NCBI GenBank assembly: GCA_021835845.1
Contig: JAKBJU010000011.1
Location: 3,528 to 67,527 of the forward strand
Origin: Pseudomonadota bacterium
GTDB lineage: Bacteria > Pseudomonadota > Gammaproteobacteria > Burkholderiales > JABEVD01
Direction: 5' to 3'
DNA length: 64,000 nt
Shown: in pieces, positions 21,548-29,844 of the stretch
How the letters are laid out: each line of letters opens with the position of its first letter
Position numbering within the stretch: the stretch's first letter is position 1
Translations under genes and position numbers: made by a program
Notes under the pieces: generated by a model
What the model was told of the DNA's origin: nothing
Seen by the model: only the letters and a program-made list of their open reading frames with translations
Database searches by the model: none

Positions 21548-21582
21548 AAAACCCGCCACCTTGCAAAAGGCGGCGGGTTTTT
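21548..21582. terminator. Bidirectional intrinsic terminator
   Basis: AAAACCCGCC...GGCGGGTTTTT between convergent genes. Confidence 0.85.
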
Positions 21583-21585
21583 CAT

Positions 21586-22227
21586 TCAGCGCTGCGGAAC
21601 CAGGAAGCCGTATGCGGAAAAGTTGACCGATTCCCAGTACTCTGCAGCATGCTTCGCGCGAACCGGACCGTTCGAGACGACCACGGCAAGGGCTGTGCCC
21701 CTGGTCACCCTCATGCCGCGCAACGCGAGATTCGGGTAATCATGGGCATTTTCCCCTTCCCCGATTCCGGCATATTTCCTGACCGGGAGGGGAATGCCGG
21801 TATACGCGGACTGATCCACGTGAAAATCGTCGCAGGAAAGCAGCCTGGCATCAACCGGCACCATGTCTCCCTCTCCGAGTTCGACCAGGTCTCCCGGAAC
21901 GAGCTCGCTTGCCGGGATTTCCCTTCCTTTGGGCTTCTGCACGGAAAATCGCACGCTGAAGACTGCCGCGATCTCCCGCGGCACGGCCGAACGCCTGTCG
22001 CGACGCAGCACCTTTGCCTTCATGTCATCGGTCTTGATGGGGGAGAGCAAGGCAAGGCGATCCTCGGCCTCCCTGTCCAGCAGCCCCTCTTCGGTGGTCT
22101 CCAGCCATCTCAAAAGGGCTTCGCGCTCCAGACGAGCGGCGGTGATCAGCGCTTCGTTCGAGGAATGCCCGTCCAGAAGGCGCCTGACGGATTTTGCAAG
22201 TACATGCAGTTTCAGTTTCAAGGTCAT
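21586..22227 (-). CDS. Membrane-less MgtA-like P-type ATPase fragment (N-terminal + actuator domain only)
   Basis: L.TTEEGL..REA..RL, AKVLRR, ELVPGDLVEL..GDMVPVDARLL, VDQSAYTGIPLPV.K, GTALAVVV; no TM helices and no DKTGT; strong GAAGGAG RBS; could be a pseudogene. Confidence 0.7.
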   Translation of the reverse strand: MTLKLKLHVLAKSVRRLLDGHSSNEALITAARLEREALLRWLETTEEGLLDREAEDRLALLSPIKTDDMKAKVLRRDRRSAVPREIAAVFSVRFSVQKPKGREIPASELVPGDLVELGEGDMVPVDARLLSCDDFHVDQSAYTGIPLPVRKYAGIGEGENAHDYPNLALRGMRVTRGTALAVVVSNGPVRAKHAAEYWESVNFSAYGFLVPQR

Positions 22228-22440
22228 CTCGGTCTCCTTCGATGCAGGCACGCGGACAGGACAGGCCGCGCGGCATCGTCGATACATGGAAGACTGGATG
22301 AAATCCGGATGGGTTTTCGCTCCGGCCTTCCCTCTAGTGTTTTGCCTAGGGGAAGCGCCTCGAAGCGTGAGTGAGGGGCGTCCTAGGCGTTCAGATTACT
22401 GCAACTGTCCAAGGCGAACGCCTCCAATGCTATGAGATAA
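22228..22440 (-). promoter_or_regulatory. Structured attenuator-like 5' leader of the MgtA-like gene
   Basis: GGAGG + TTG uORF and mutually exclusive stems 1:2, 2:3, 3:4 (see findings). Confidence 0.6.
22383..22412 (-). CDS. Putative leader peptide MDSCSNLNA
   Basis: GGAGG 8 nt upstream of TTG; TAG inside a stem. Confidence 0.45.
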   Translation of the reverse strand: MDSCSNLNA

Positions 22441-22444
22441 CGCA

Positions 22445-22473
22445 ATTCTACAACCGGGATGCCGAAGAATCAA
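22445..22473 (-). promoter_or_regulatory. sigma70 promoter
   Basis: TTGATT-17-TAGAAT on minus strand. Confidence 0.65.
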
Positions 22474-22481
22474 GCCCGATC

Positions 22482-23246
22482 TTAAAGATAGGCGTGCTGC
22501 GGAACATCGGGAAGGCACTCGAATCCAGGCTTTGCGAAATGATAGCCCTGGAACAGGCCGATGCCGGAATCCCTGAGCCAGCCGTATTCTTCGGCGGTTT
22601 CCACCCCCTCCGCGATGATCTTGATCGAAAGCTCTTCGCAAACCTGAACGATTCCTCTGACGATGGCCTGACGCGGACGATTGACGTCAATCCCCCTCAC
22701 CAGCTTCATGTCCAGCTTGATGTAGTCGGGCTGGAATTCGCTCAGCAAATTGAGCCCGGCATAGCCTGCTCCGAAATCGTCTATTGCCGTGCGGAAACCC
22801 AGCCTGCGGTATTCATGAATGATGCCGAGAAGATGGGCGTGATCGGTGATTTCCTCCCCTTCCGTCACCTCGAAGATGATGCGCTCCGTGGGAAATCCAT
22901 ACTTGGCCGCCGCAGCCAGAGTGGTGCGGATGCAAAGCTCGGGCTTGTAAACCGCGTTGGGATAGAAGTTGATATTCACGTTGACCGGCAGGTCGAGTTC
23001 AGCCGCCATCTTGACGATCTTGACGCGGCAGGCCTGATCAAAGCGGTAACGGGTCCTGTCCGTCAAGCGATCCAGTACGGTATGGGCAGGCTGGTTCTGC
23101 GGCCCCCTCACCAGGGCTTCATGCGAAAAAACGGCTCTCGCCGCAACATCGACGATGGGCTGAAAGGCAAACGAGAAATCGATGTCCAGCCCGGCACCCT
23201 CGATGCAATTCCCGCAGGACAACTCTACAAAATCTTTAGGATCCAT
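22482..23246 (-). CDS. Stand-alone EAL-domain protein
   Basis: AFQPIVD, HEALVRG, FEVTEGE, AIDDFGAGYAGL, IKLD, IAEGVET, QGYHFAKP. Confidence 0.93.
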   Translation of the reverse strand: MDPKDFVELSCGNCIEGAGLDIDFSFAFQPIVDVAARAVFSHEALVRGPQNQPAHTVLDRLTDRTRYRFDQACRVKIVKMAAELDLPVNVNINFYPNAVYKPELCIRTTLAAAAKYGFPTERIIFEVTEGEEITDHAHLLGIIHEYRRLGFRTAIDDFGAGYAGLNLLSEFQPDYIKLDMKLVRGIDVNRPRQAIVRGIVQVCEELSIKIIAEGVETAEEYGWLRDSGIGLFQGYHFAKPGFECLPDVPQHAYL

Positions 23247-23357
23247 GGTTTCCGAAAAAAGGCAGACAAGCCATATTTAACCTTTTTTGGGAGAACCATA
23301 CAAGTGGAGCTGCCAAAGCCAAAGCTCGCATCGGCTTGGTGCAAAAAGTAGAGCCGC

Positions 23358-23452
23358 TGCATCATGCAGGCGCATGACGCAAATAACGCCTCGGAATGAA
23401 TATTTCAACCAATTGATATTGCACAGAATAAACAACTGGCATTGAAATTGCT
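23358..23452 (+). promoter_or_regulatory. sigma54 promoter with IHF site and upstream inverted repeat
   Basis: TGGCAT-TGAAA-TTGCT (23437-23452; GG-N10-GC), IHF consensus TATCAATTGGTTG on minus strand (23406-23418), inverted repeat TGCATCATGC-N4-GCATGACGCA (23358-23381). Confidence 0.75.
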
Positions 23453-23462
23453 AGAGAAGAAG

Positions 23463-23526
23463 CGAGGGCAGTTTCTGCTCTCACCCCTCCTCCAATTTAC
23501 GGGCGCCTGGTGCGCCCGCTTTTTTT
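23463..23526 (+). ncRNA. Candidate sRNA with anti-Shine-Dalgarno seed (Betaproteobacteria toxic-sRNA-like)
   Basis: 5' hairpin GAGGGCAG/CTGCTCTC, single-stranded CCCCTCCTCC, terminator CGGGCGC/GCGCCCG + T tract; no ORF. Confidence 0.7.
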
Positions 23527-23629
23527 ATTTGCCTTTTCTCTTGAAATTGCCGTCGTCGCCCAGGAGAATGATCCCGGGAATGACGAAAGTCGTGCAAAAG
23601 AAAATGATGTACCAGTATTGAGCTTCCAT
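23525..23629 (-). CDS. 34-aa single-pass membrane protein
   Basis: MEAQYWYIIFFCTTFVIPGIILLGDDGNFKRKGK; GGGAGGA RBS. Confidence 0.6.
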   Translation of the reverse strand: MEAQYWYIIFFCTTFVIPGIILLGDDGNFKRKGK

Positions 23630-23822
23630 TTCAATCCTCCCTTGTATCAGGTTTGCTTTCATAAGCCGGAACGACGCTCGAGGCGCGATCCAGGTCGATG
23701 CCAATAACCATTTCATAAGTAAGCCCATTTAGGCAGAATTAGCCCGAATCCGAGCCGTGCCTTGCACAAAGGCCATACTTTAAATATGGTTAAGCCGAGT
23801 ATGCTCCAGGAGGAAATTTAAA

Positions 23823-24179
23823 TCAAGAGGCTGCCAGGGAATCCTGCAGCTTTTCCTTCAGAAATTCTTTCACCCAGTGTTCCGTCCTGGCGCTCGAGAA
23901 ACGCCCCAGCTCCTCACCGTCTCTGAAGAGGATCACGGTAGGGAAGCCGCGCAACCGGTAGCGCCCCGCAAGCTTCATGTTGTCCCCTTCATCCACCTCG
24001 ATCTTGGCAAGGCGAACCGCCCCCGAGAAGTCCGCTACCACGCGCTCCAGGATGGGAGTCAGCGCCTTGCAGGGCGGGCACCAGTCCGCCCAGAAATCGA
24101 CCATCACCGGGCAGGCACGGGACGCCTCCAGAACCTCCCGTTCGAAATCGTGAAGCATCGCGTCAAAAATGAGCTTCAT
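23823..24179 (-). CDS. Thioredoxin-family protein
   Basis: VDFWADWCPPC, RGFPTVILF; ATG overlaps dsrN stop. Confidence 0.9.
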   Translation of the reverse strand: MKLIFDAMLHDFEREVLEASRACPVMVDFWADWCPPCKALTPILERVVADFSGAVRLAKIEVDEGDNMKLAGRYRLRGFPTVILFRDGEELGRFSSARTEHWVKEFLKEKLQDSLAAS

Positions 24180-25600
24180 GCCTGAAACCGGACATCGGCA
24201 ACCGCCTCGGCATTGCGCCTGGTCCGCTCTATGAAGGAAACGAATCGCGCAGCCCAGTAGCACCCGCCTATGCTGCGCTGATGGGTGAATTGGGCGAGCA
24301 GATTGTTCACCACGATACCGTCGCAGGATCCGTTGATGCCATGCCCTCTCGCCACGCGATACGCATACCTTGCATCTTCCGGCAGGTTCTCGAGGCTGGA
24401 ATAATGGAATTCGTGCGCCTTCTGGCCGCAGGATCGCGCAACCGGGCATGGCCAGGGGTGGCTTTCATTTTCCACAAGATGAACAAATCCCCGTCCGACA
24501 GGCTTTTCGTGCATCACGACATCTCCCGGAATGGCCCCGACCATTTCGAAGGTTTCCCCATTGTGGGTGATCGTCCTGGCAAGGTACATGAGGCCGCCGC
24601 ACTCGGCATAGACAGGCATGCCGGATTCGATTCTGCTCCTGATCTCCTGGCGCAGCAACAGATTGGCCTCGAGCTCTTTTGCGAACATTTCCGGGAAACC
24701 GCCACCTATGAAAAGCGCATCGACTTCGGGGAGCCGCACATCCTTCAGCGTATCGAACACGGCAAGCTCGGCACCCGCAGCCTCCAGGGCCTCGATGTCG
24801 TCGACATAATAAAAGCCGAAAGCCTTGTCCCTCGCGATGCCGATCCTGACCTTTTCCCTGACAGGAAGCGGAGAAACATCGCGGGAATACGCGCCTACCA
24901 GTGCGGGCCTGTCGGCAAGACGCAGCAGGCGATCGAGATCGACCTGCTGCGCGATCGAATCGCCGATTTTCCGGATGCGCTCTCCGGACTCCCCGGATTC
25001 GTTGCTCGGCATCAGCCCGAGATGACGTTCGACGATTTCGAGCCGTTCGTCGTGATGCACCGCCCCGATCACCGGCACATCGGTATAGTGCTCGATCACG
25101 GCGCGAAGCTTGGATTCATGGCGCGCCCCGCCGAGATTGTTGAGTATCACCCCGGCGATCGAAATTTGCGGATCGAATGCCTGGTAGCCGAGAATCAGCG
25201 GGGCGATGCCGCGCGTCATGCCGCGCGCATCGATCACCAGCACGACAGGCAAGTCGAGAAGTTTGGCAAGCGCAGCATTGCTGTTGCTGCCGTCCAAAGC
25301 AAGGCCGTCGTATAGCCCCTTGTTTCCTTCGACGATGCCGATATCCGATCCTTCGCCATGGCGCTGGAAAGTCGAGACCACCTCGTCCGGATTCATCAGG
25401 TAAAGATCGAGATTGCGACAGGCACGCCCGCTCGCCTCCGAAAGCCACATCGGGTCGATGTAATCAGGCCCCTTCTTGAAAGGCTGGACAGCGAGCCCCT
25501 TCTGTCTCAATGCTGCGCAGAGGCCGATGCTGATCGTGGTCTTGCCTGAAGACTTGTGGGCGGCGGAAACCAGGATTCGTTTCATTTCAGTCCGAAGCAT
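24176..25600 (-). CDS. dsrN: Siroheme amidase DsrN (cobyrinate a,c-diamide synthase family)
   Basis: AAHKSSGKTT, FKKGPDYIDP, GGGFPE, YAECGG, HEFHYS; last dsr gene; start may be 25585. Confidence 0.9.
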   Translation of the reverse strand: MLRTEMKRILVSAAHKSSGKTTISIGLCAALRQKGLAVQPFKKGPDYIDPMWLSEASGRACRNLDLYLMNPDEVVSTFQRHGEGSDIGIVEGNKGLYDGLALDGSNSNAALAKLLDLPVVLVIDARGMTRGIAPLILGYQAFDPQISIAGVILNNLGGARHESKLRAVIEHYTDVPVIGAVHHDERLEIVERHLGLMPSNESGESGERIRKIGDSIAQQVDLDRLLRLADRPALVGAYSRDVSPLPVREKVRIGIARDKAFGFYYVDDIEALEAAGAELAVFDTLKDVRLPEVDALFIGGGFPEMFAKELEANLLLRQEIRSRIESGMPVYAECGGLMYLARTITHNGETFEMVGAIPGDVVMHEKPVGRGFVHLVENESHPWPCPVARSCGQKAHEFHYSSLENLPEDARYAYRVARGHGINGSCDGIVVNNLLAQFTHQRSIGGCYWAARFVSFIERTRRNAEAVADVRFQA

Positions 25601-26762
25601 CCCTGGGCAGGAAGTTGAGAGCTCTCACCCCTATCGTCGTGATCAGGAAAGCCACTCCGAGTCCGCCGCACCCCAGCAGAATTTCAGGCAGGCTGGGCGC
25701 ATACTGGCCGATCTGCCCATCCCCGAAGCTGCTTGTCACCTCGTACCCCGGAAAAATGGACAGCGGAAATACCTGCCCGCCGACAATGAAGACGTAAAGC
25801 AGGCTGAAGCTCCCCAGAATCACGAGAATCGATGCGGCAAGGACGTGCCGGCTCCCGCCCATTCCCGGGAAATAGATGAGGAACAGAGGCAGCAGGCTCC
25901 CCACGAACAGATATCCGCCCCAGAAAAGCATGGGATAAATCCCCCCGTCCACCAGGATGAAGTGCTCGAATGCAGACTGCCTGGCGAAATAGAGATTGGT
26001 CATGTGATAGGCCGCGACCAGATAAATCACGCTGATGACGAAAAGACCGAGCAGATTCTTCAGTCGCTTGAGGATTGCAGCATGAAGCTCCATTTCGTTC
26101 CAGCCGTACATCGCCGCCTGCACGATCAGAAATACCGCAAGTCCCCACGCAAAGGACATCACGATGAACATCGGCGGCAGCAGCGCAGTGCCGTAAGCCT
26201 GCCTCGCAACGAGGAACGCGAAGATCATGCCCGTTCCCGTGGTGAGAATGATGCGCCAGGCGAACACGACCAGCCCTGCTGGCTTGGACCAGGGATTCAT
26301 GCGCTTTTCCATCAGGGTCCAGAGATAGATGCCGACAAAGGCGAAGAGCCCGGAATAGAGAAAGACGTTCCAGGCAAACACCGACTTCAGATTGAAATGC
26401 GTGGCGGCGACGATGACCCGCTCGGGACGCCCCAAGTCCAGCATGAGCACAGTGAGGCCGCCTGCGAGCAGGGCAATCGAAAGGAGCCCCGCAAGCGGCG
26501 CGCGCACCTTGTAAGGCGCCTGACCGAAAACCGATCCGATCGAAGCGACATTGAGCACGCCGGAAGCCGAAACGATCATGAAAATGGCGAAGACATGCGG
26601 CATTCCCCACACGATCTGGTTGTTCATGCCCGTTACGATATGGCCGTATTCCTCCATGTAATGCGCCGCGGCCAGACCCGCAGCGACGACCAGCAGACCC
26701 AGGGCCACCAGCAGGTAGAAATTGCGACTATCGCGTCTGTTTTTCAGCAATGCATCCATCAC
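25587..26762 (-). CDS. dsrP: DsrP, NrfD/PsrC-family membrane subunit
   Basis: TGMNNQIVWG, DLGRPER, many TM helices; follows dsrO. Confidence 0.93.
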   Translation of the reverse strand: MMDALLKNRRDSRNFYLLVALGLLVVAAGLAAAHYMEEYGHIVTGMNNQIVWGMPHVFAIFMIVSASGVLNVASIGSVFGQAPYKVRAPLAGLLSIALLAGGLTVLMLDLGRPERVIVAATHFNLKSVFAWNVFLYSGLFAFVGIYLWTLMEKRMNPWSKPAGLVVFAWRIILTTGTGMIFAFLVARQAYGTALLPPMFIVMSFAWGLAVFLIVQAAMYGWNEMELHAAILKRLKNLLGLFVISVIYLVAAYHMTNLYFARQSAFEHFILVDGGIYPMLFWGGYLFVGSLLPLFLIYFPGMGGSRHVLAASILVILGSFSLLYVFIVGGQVFPLSIFPGYEVTSSFGDGQIGQYAPSLPEILLGCGGLGVAFLITTIGVRALNFLPRDASD

Positions 26763-27490
26763 AATCCCTCGTAGTGAAGGCCGGGATTGAGCCCCAGATC
26801 GGCCCTGATCTGTGTCGATGCGACAGTCCTGATACGCCTGGAAATCTCGCTGTCCGGATCGTTGAGATTGCCGAACAGGATCGCCTTGTGTCCCGCCTTG
26901 GAGCAGGCCTCAGCGCACGCAGTGTTGTTCTCGCCCCGGTCGATGCGCTGGACGCAAAGCGTGCAGCTCTCCACCGTGCCCTTGCCGCGCGGCACATCGG
27001 GCTTCTGGTCGTGGAGCGGTTCGTGCACGAAAGAGCGCGCCTTGTAGGGACAGGCCATCATGCAGTAGCGACATCCTATGCAAAGATGTCTGTCGACGAG
27101 AACGATGCCGTCCGCCCGCCGGAAGGAAGCACCCGTCGGACAGACATCGACGCAGGGCGGCTCCTCGCAATGCTGGCACATCATCGGGAGAGAGGTCGCC
27201 TTTCCGGTTCTCATGTCCTTCAGCTCGACCTTGCGCATCCACTGCTCGTCGGTCGGACGGGTGCCGCCCGGAAGGCCGTTCTCCTTGTTGCAGGCCTTGA
27301 CGCAGTCGTCACATCCGGATTCGCACTGGCTGGTGTCGATCAGCATGCCCCACCGCACTGCGCTCGATGCAGGCTCGTTGAGCGAACGGCCGTGCGCCAG
27401 ATCGTAAAGCAGCATGCCGGGAGCGATTGCGAGCCCTGCAAGCATCGCAGAACCCTTCAGAAACTGGCGCCTGTCCAACTCCTCGCTCAT
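26759..27490 (-). CDS. dsrO: DsrO, Tat-exported Fe-S subunit
   Basis: DRRQFLK Tat motif, CQHCEEPPCVDVCP, CIGCRYCMMACPY. Confidence 0.95.
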   Translation of the reverse strand: MSEELDRRQFLKGSAMLAGLAIAPGMLLYDLAHGRSLNEPASSAVRWGMLIDTSQCESGCDDCVKACNKENGLPGGTRPTDEQWMRKVELKDMRTGKATSLPMMCQHCEEPPCVDVCPTGASFRRADGIVLVDRHLCIGCRYCMMACPYKARSFVHEPLHDQKPDVPRGKGTVESCTLCVQRIDRGENNTACAEACSKAGHKAILFGNLNDPDSEISRRIRTVASTQIRADLGLNPGLHYEGL

Positions 27491-27864
27491 TTCGCAATCT
27501 CCGTAAGGGTTTCACTGACAGTTTCAGGCCGGCTGGAGTGGCATTCGAAACAGTCTATCTTGACCGCGGCATACGCATGGCATCCCTGGCAAAAATTCCT
27601 GTCGGTGCCGAGCACGCTGTTGTTCACCCGGCTCGCATGGCAATTCACGCATTTCTCGAGGCTGTATCTTCCCCTGACTCCCTGATGAACCGTGATGGTC
27701 CTCTGGTGCTTGAGCAGGTCGCCATGATTGAGCTTCATGAACTTGGGGTCGTTGACGCAATGCCCGCCCTTGCCGATATCCAGATGCGGCACTGTCACAT
27801 CCGCAAAAGCCGCGCCTGAAGCCAGCAGAACCAGGGCGAGGAGAGCCGCCTGAATCCGTTTCAT
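27487..27864 (-). CDS. dsrJ: DsrJ triheme cytochrome c
   Basis: Signal peptide, three CxxCH (CVNCH, CQGCH, CFECH), NHGDLLKHQR. Confidence 0.93.
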   Translation of the reverse strand: MKRIQAALLALVLLASGAAFADVTVPHLDIGKGGHCVNDPKFMKLNHGDLLKHQRTITVHQGVRGRYSLEKCVNCHASRVNNSVLGTDRNFCQGCHAYAAVKIDCFECHSSRPETVSETLTEIAK

Positions 27865-27865
27865 G

Positions 27866-29812
27866 CTACTCGCCCAGCCCCATCTGGATGTAGCCGGTTG
27901 GACACACGTCGGAGCAGATATGGCAGCCGATGCACTTGTTGTAGTCGGTGTCGACATAACGCCCCGTCGTGGACTGGTTCTTCTTCACCTTGAAAACGGC
28001 GGTCTGCGGGCAGTAGACGACGCAGTTGTCGCATTCGAAGCAAAGTCCGCAGCTCATGCAGCGCTTGGCTTCATTGACCGCCTGATCTTCCGCGAGCGCC
28101 TCGATGCGCTCCTCGAAGTTGCCGAGCGCGGACTCGCGGTCCAATGTGATGATCTTCCGCTTGTAGCGCGGGGTAAAGGTGAAATGCCCGAGGAACATGT
28201 CATCGTGCGGAATGACGTAGCGTCCCGAACGGTTGTCGTAATTGTGCACTGCGACAGGCATCGAATCCGTGCCGCGGATCGGCTCGTGCACTTCTTCCAC
28301 ATTCAGCCCCCTCTCGACCATCTTGCGCATCAGATCGAAAGTATGCACGTCGATCTTAGGACGCTTCTCAAGCTCTTCCCCTTGCAGGAACCGATCTATG
28401 CCTTCTGCAGCAATCGAGCCGTGACCGATGGCCGTGGTCAGGAGATGGGGACGGATCACGTCGCCTCCTGCGAATACGCCGGCCTTGCCCTGAACCTGAT
28501 AGTTGCGGTCAGTGGTGATCGCCCCTCTGCCGTTGTCGAATTCTTCCAGACCGTAAAAATCGACTGCCTGGCCGATGGCGGAGACGATGAGATCCGCTTC
28601 GATGTCGCGCTCTGAACCTTCGCGCTTGTTGATTTCGAGCTTGCCGCCAACCATTTTGGCTTCGCATTCGGCGACACGCAAGGCCGTGGCCCGGCCGCTC
28701 GCATCCTTGACCACCCCGATCGGGACGAGACCGCCCAGGATCGCGATGCCTTCGGCAAGCGCCTGCTCGATTTCATGCTTGTTGGCCTGCATCTTGTCGA
28801 TGGGAAAAATCGAGGTAAGCGTGACTTCCGCACCCTGCTTGGCGGAAATCCCCGCGACATCGTGCGCCATCTGCCCTGCGATCGCCCTTTCCAGATCGGT
28901 GGGCTGGGCATTCTCGATATGCCCCAGACGCCTTGCCACGGTCGCGACGTCGATGGAGGTGTCCCCGCCGCCCACGACCACCACGCGTTTTCCGACATAA
29001 CGCAATCTGCCATCGTTGAAGGCGGAGAGGAAAGCGGTTGCAGTCACCACATTCGGGGCCTCCGAATCCGGAGTGGGGAGCGCCCTGCCCGCCTGCGCCC
29101 CCATGCCGAGAAAAATCGCGTCGAATTCGCTGCGAAGCTGCTCCAGCGTGACATCCTTGCCGATCTTGCAGTTCATGCGCGTCTTGACGCCGAGATCGAG
29201 AATGCGCTGGATTTCGGCATCGAGCACATCGCGCGGGGTGCGAAAGCCAGGAATGCCATAGCGCATCATGCCGCCCAGAAGCTCATGGTCGTCGAACACG
29301 GTAACGTCGTGCCCCTTCAGGGCGAGCTGATAGGCGCAGGAAAGTCCACCCGGCCCGCCGCCGATGATGGCCACCTTCTTGCCAGTCGACATCTCGGGCT
29401 TCACATATTTGAGATTGTTGGCGATCGCATATTCGCCGAGAAAGTGCTCGACCGAATTGATCCCGACATGGTCCTCCACCTCGTTCCTGTTGCAGCCAGT
29501 CTCGCAGGGAGCCGGGCAGACCCTGCCCATTACCGAAGGGAAGGGATTGGCTTCGGTCAGCCTTCTCCACGCGTATTCCTGCCATTGCATGCCTGCCGGC
29601 GGCTTTTCCGTACCACGCACGATCTGCAGGTAGCTCCGGATGTCTTCGCCGGCCGGGCAGCTTCCCTGGCAGGGCGGCGTGGACTGGATGTAGGTCGGAC
29701 ACTTGTGCGAATAGCTCGCCTGGAATATCTGGTCACGCCAGGAGTGAACCTTGTAGTCACCGTCCTTGTAGCGTCGGAAAGTGAGCTTCGCATCTTCCAT
29801 GGTTTCTGACAT
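27866..29812 (-). CDS. dsrL: DsrL iron-sulfur flavoprotein
   Basis: HKCPTY, GRVCPAPCETGCNR, GGGPGG, GGGDTSIDVA, C-terminal ferredoxin CIGCHICSDVCP. Confidence 0.95.
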   Translation of the reverse strand: MSETMEDAKLTFRRYKDGDYKVHSWRDQIFQASYSHKCPTYIQSTPPCQGSCPAGEDIRSYLQIVRGTEKPPAGMQWQEYAWRRLTEANPFPSVMGRVCPAPCETGCNRNEVEDHVGINSVEHFLGEYAIANNLKYVKPEMSTGKKVAIIGGGPGGLSCAYQLALKGHDVTVFDDHELLGGMMRYGIPGFRTPRDVLDAEIQRILDLGVKTRMNCKIGKDVTLEQLRSEFDAIFLGMGAQAGRALPTPDSEAPNVVTATAFLSAFNDGRLRYVGKRVVVVGGGDTSIDVATVARRLGHIENAQPTDLERAIAGQMAHDVAGISAKQGAEVTLTSIFPIDKMQANKHEIEQALAEGIAILGGLVPIGVVKDASGRATALRVAECEAKMVGGKLEINKREGSERDIEADLIVSAIGQAVDFYGLEEFDNGRGAITTDRNYQVQGKAGVFAGGDVIRPHLLTTAIGHGSIAAEGIDRFLQGEELEKRPKIDVHTFDLMRKMVERGLNVEEVHEPIRGTDSMPVAVHNYDNRSGRYVIPHDDMFLGHFTFTPRYKRKIITLDRESALGNFEERIEALAEDQAVNEAKRCMSCGLCFECDNCVVYCPQTAVFKVKKNQSTTGRYVDTDYNKCIGCHICSDVCPTGYIQMGLGE

Positions 29813-29844
29813 TTCCTGCCTCCGATATATTTTAGGTAAGAGTT

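Noticed and set aside
23327-23355. sigma28 promoter for the EAL gene (GCCGATGC on minus strand)
   Set aside because: No TAAA-like -35 element at the right spacing
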